In this document: positions 61,373 to 61,835 of the stretch, in pieces
Layout of the letters: each line of letters opens with the position of its first letter
Position numbering within the stretch: the first letter of the stretch is position 1
NCBI RefSeq assembly: GCF_001447785.1
Contig: NW_015175991.1
Location: 315,028 to 376,862 of the forward strand
Direction: 5' to 3'
Length of the DNA: 61,835 bases
Source of the DNA: Gekko japonicus
Taxonomy: Eukaryota
The notes under the pieces: model-generated
What the model was told of the DNA's origin: nothing
The model's input: only the letters and a program-made list of their open reading frames with translations
The model's database searches: none
Program-made: the position numbers and the translations under genes

Positions 61373-61835
61373 GGAGGTGGCAACTGTAATCAAAGGTCGG
61401 GGAGGGGTGGACCTGCCGCTGTGCTCTGCTTTGCAAGGTGGGCTTTGTAACCTTGTGCACTGGGAGTTGGGGGGGTGGGATCCACTGTGCGGTTTGGTGG
61501 GGTGGCTCTTGGGTTAAGGTTTGCTCAGCTTCGCAGCAGGACATCTGAAGGCGTACAGGGGTGGAACTCTGAGCACATGCAGAGTGCCGGCAGTACTTGT
61601 TTTGATTTAATTTTTAAAATTATTTTATCTCTAAAAAAAAGGTGGGATGCAGAAGGGAAGAAGGGGTAGGGAGGAAATATAGATTCATCAGGAACTCTCG
61701 GTCTGGGACAAGGGATGCTCTGTCTTCTTGGTGCTTGAGGGGGGCAACCGTGGGAGGGCTTCTGGAGTTCTGGTGCCACTGCTGGACCTCCTGAGGGCAC
61801 CTGATACGTTTGGCTACTGTGTGACACAGAGTGTT

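Noticed and set aside
1-61835. A new multi-gene biological system
   Set aside because: Gene order ZNF410-FAM161B-COQ6-ENTPD5 is the known conserved synteny, and the remaining coding-like sequence is explained by transposon relics

Overview
This is eukaryotic (squamate reptile, probably gecko) genomic DNA, not a prokaryotic window. It carries the conserved amniote gene cluster ZNF410 (+) >< FAM161B (-) <> COQ6 (+) >< ENTPD5 (-). I traced the exons by hand through GT-AG boundaries with consistent phase: ZNF410 is complete (10 coding exons, 469 aa), FAM161B and COQ6 lack only exon 1 (both probably in the N-gap at 24820-25332, the expected head-to-head promoter), and ENTPD5 has its last 5 coding exons. 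Introns are dense with reptile repeats: Sauria SINE, BovB, Squam3-like and CR1-tailed tRNA SINEs, L2, CR1, an L1-clade insertion with a 16-bp TSD, hAT MITEs with 8-bp TSDs, a non-autonomous Helitron, Penelope-like elements and a degenerate ~5.3-kb DIRS1 element in the last COQ6 intron. I see no evidence for a new gene system. The best leads are: an intact minimal hammerhead ribozyme plus about 11 Penelope pLTR remnants, whose single intronic copies all lie antisense to the host gene; a duplication with colinear templated snippets copied from a MITE 1.1-1.4 kb away in the ENTPD5 3' region; and an apparent 1-nt frameshift that changes the ZNF410 C-terminus relative to the mammalian protein. Repeat family names and comparisons with human proteins come from recall, not database searches.
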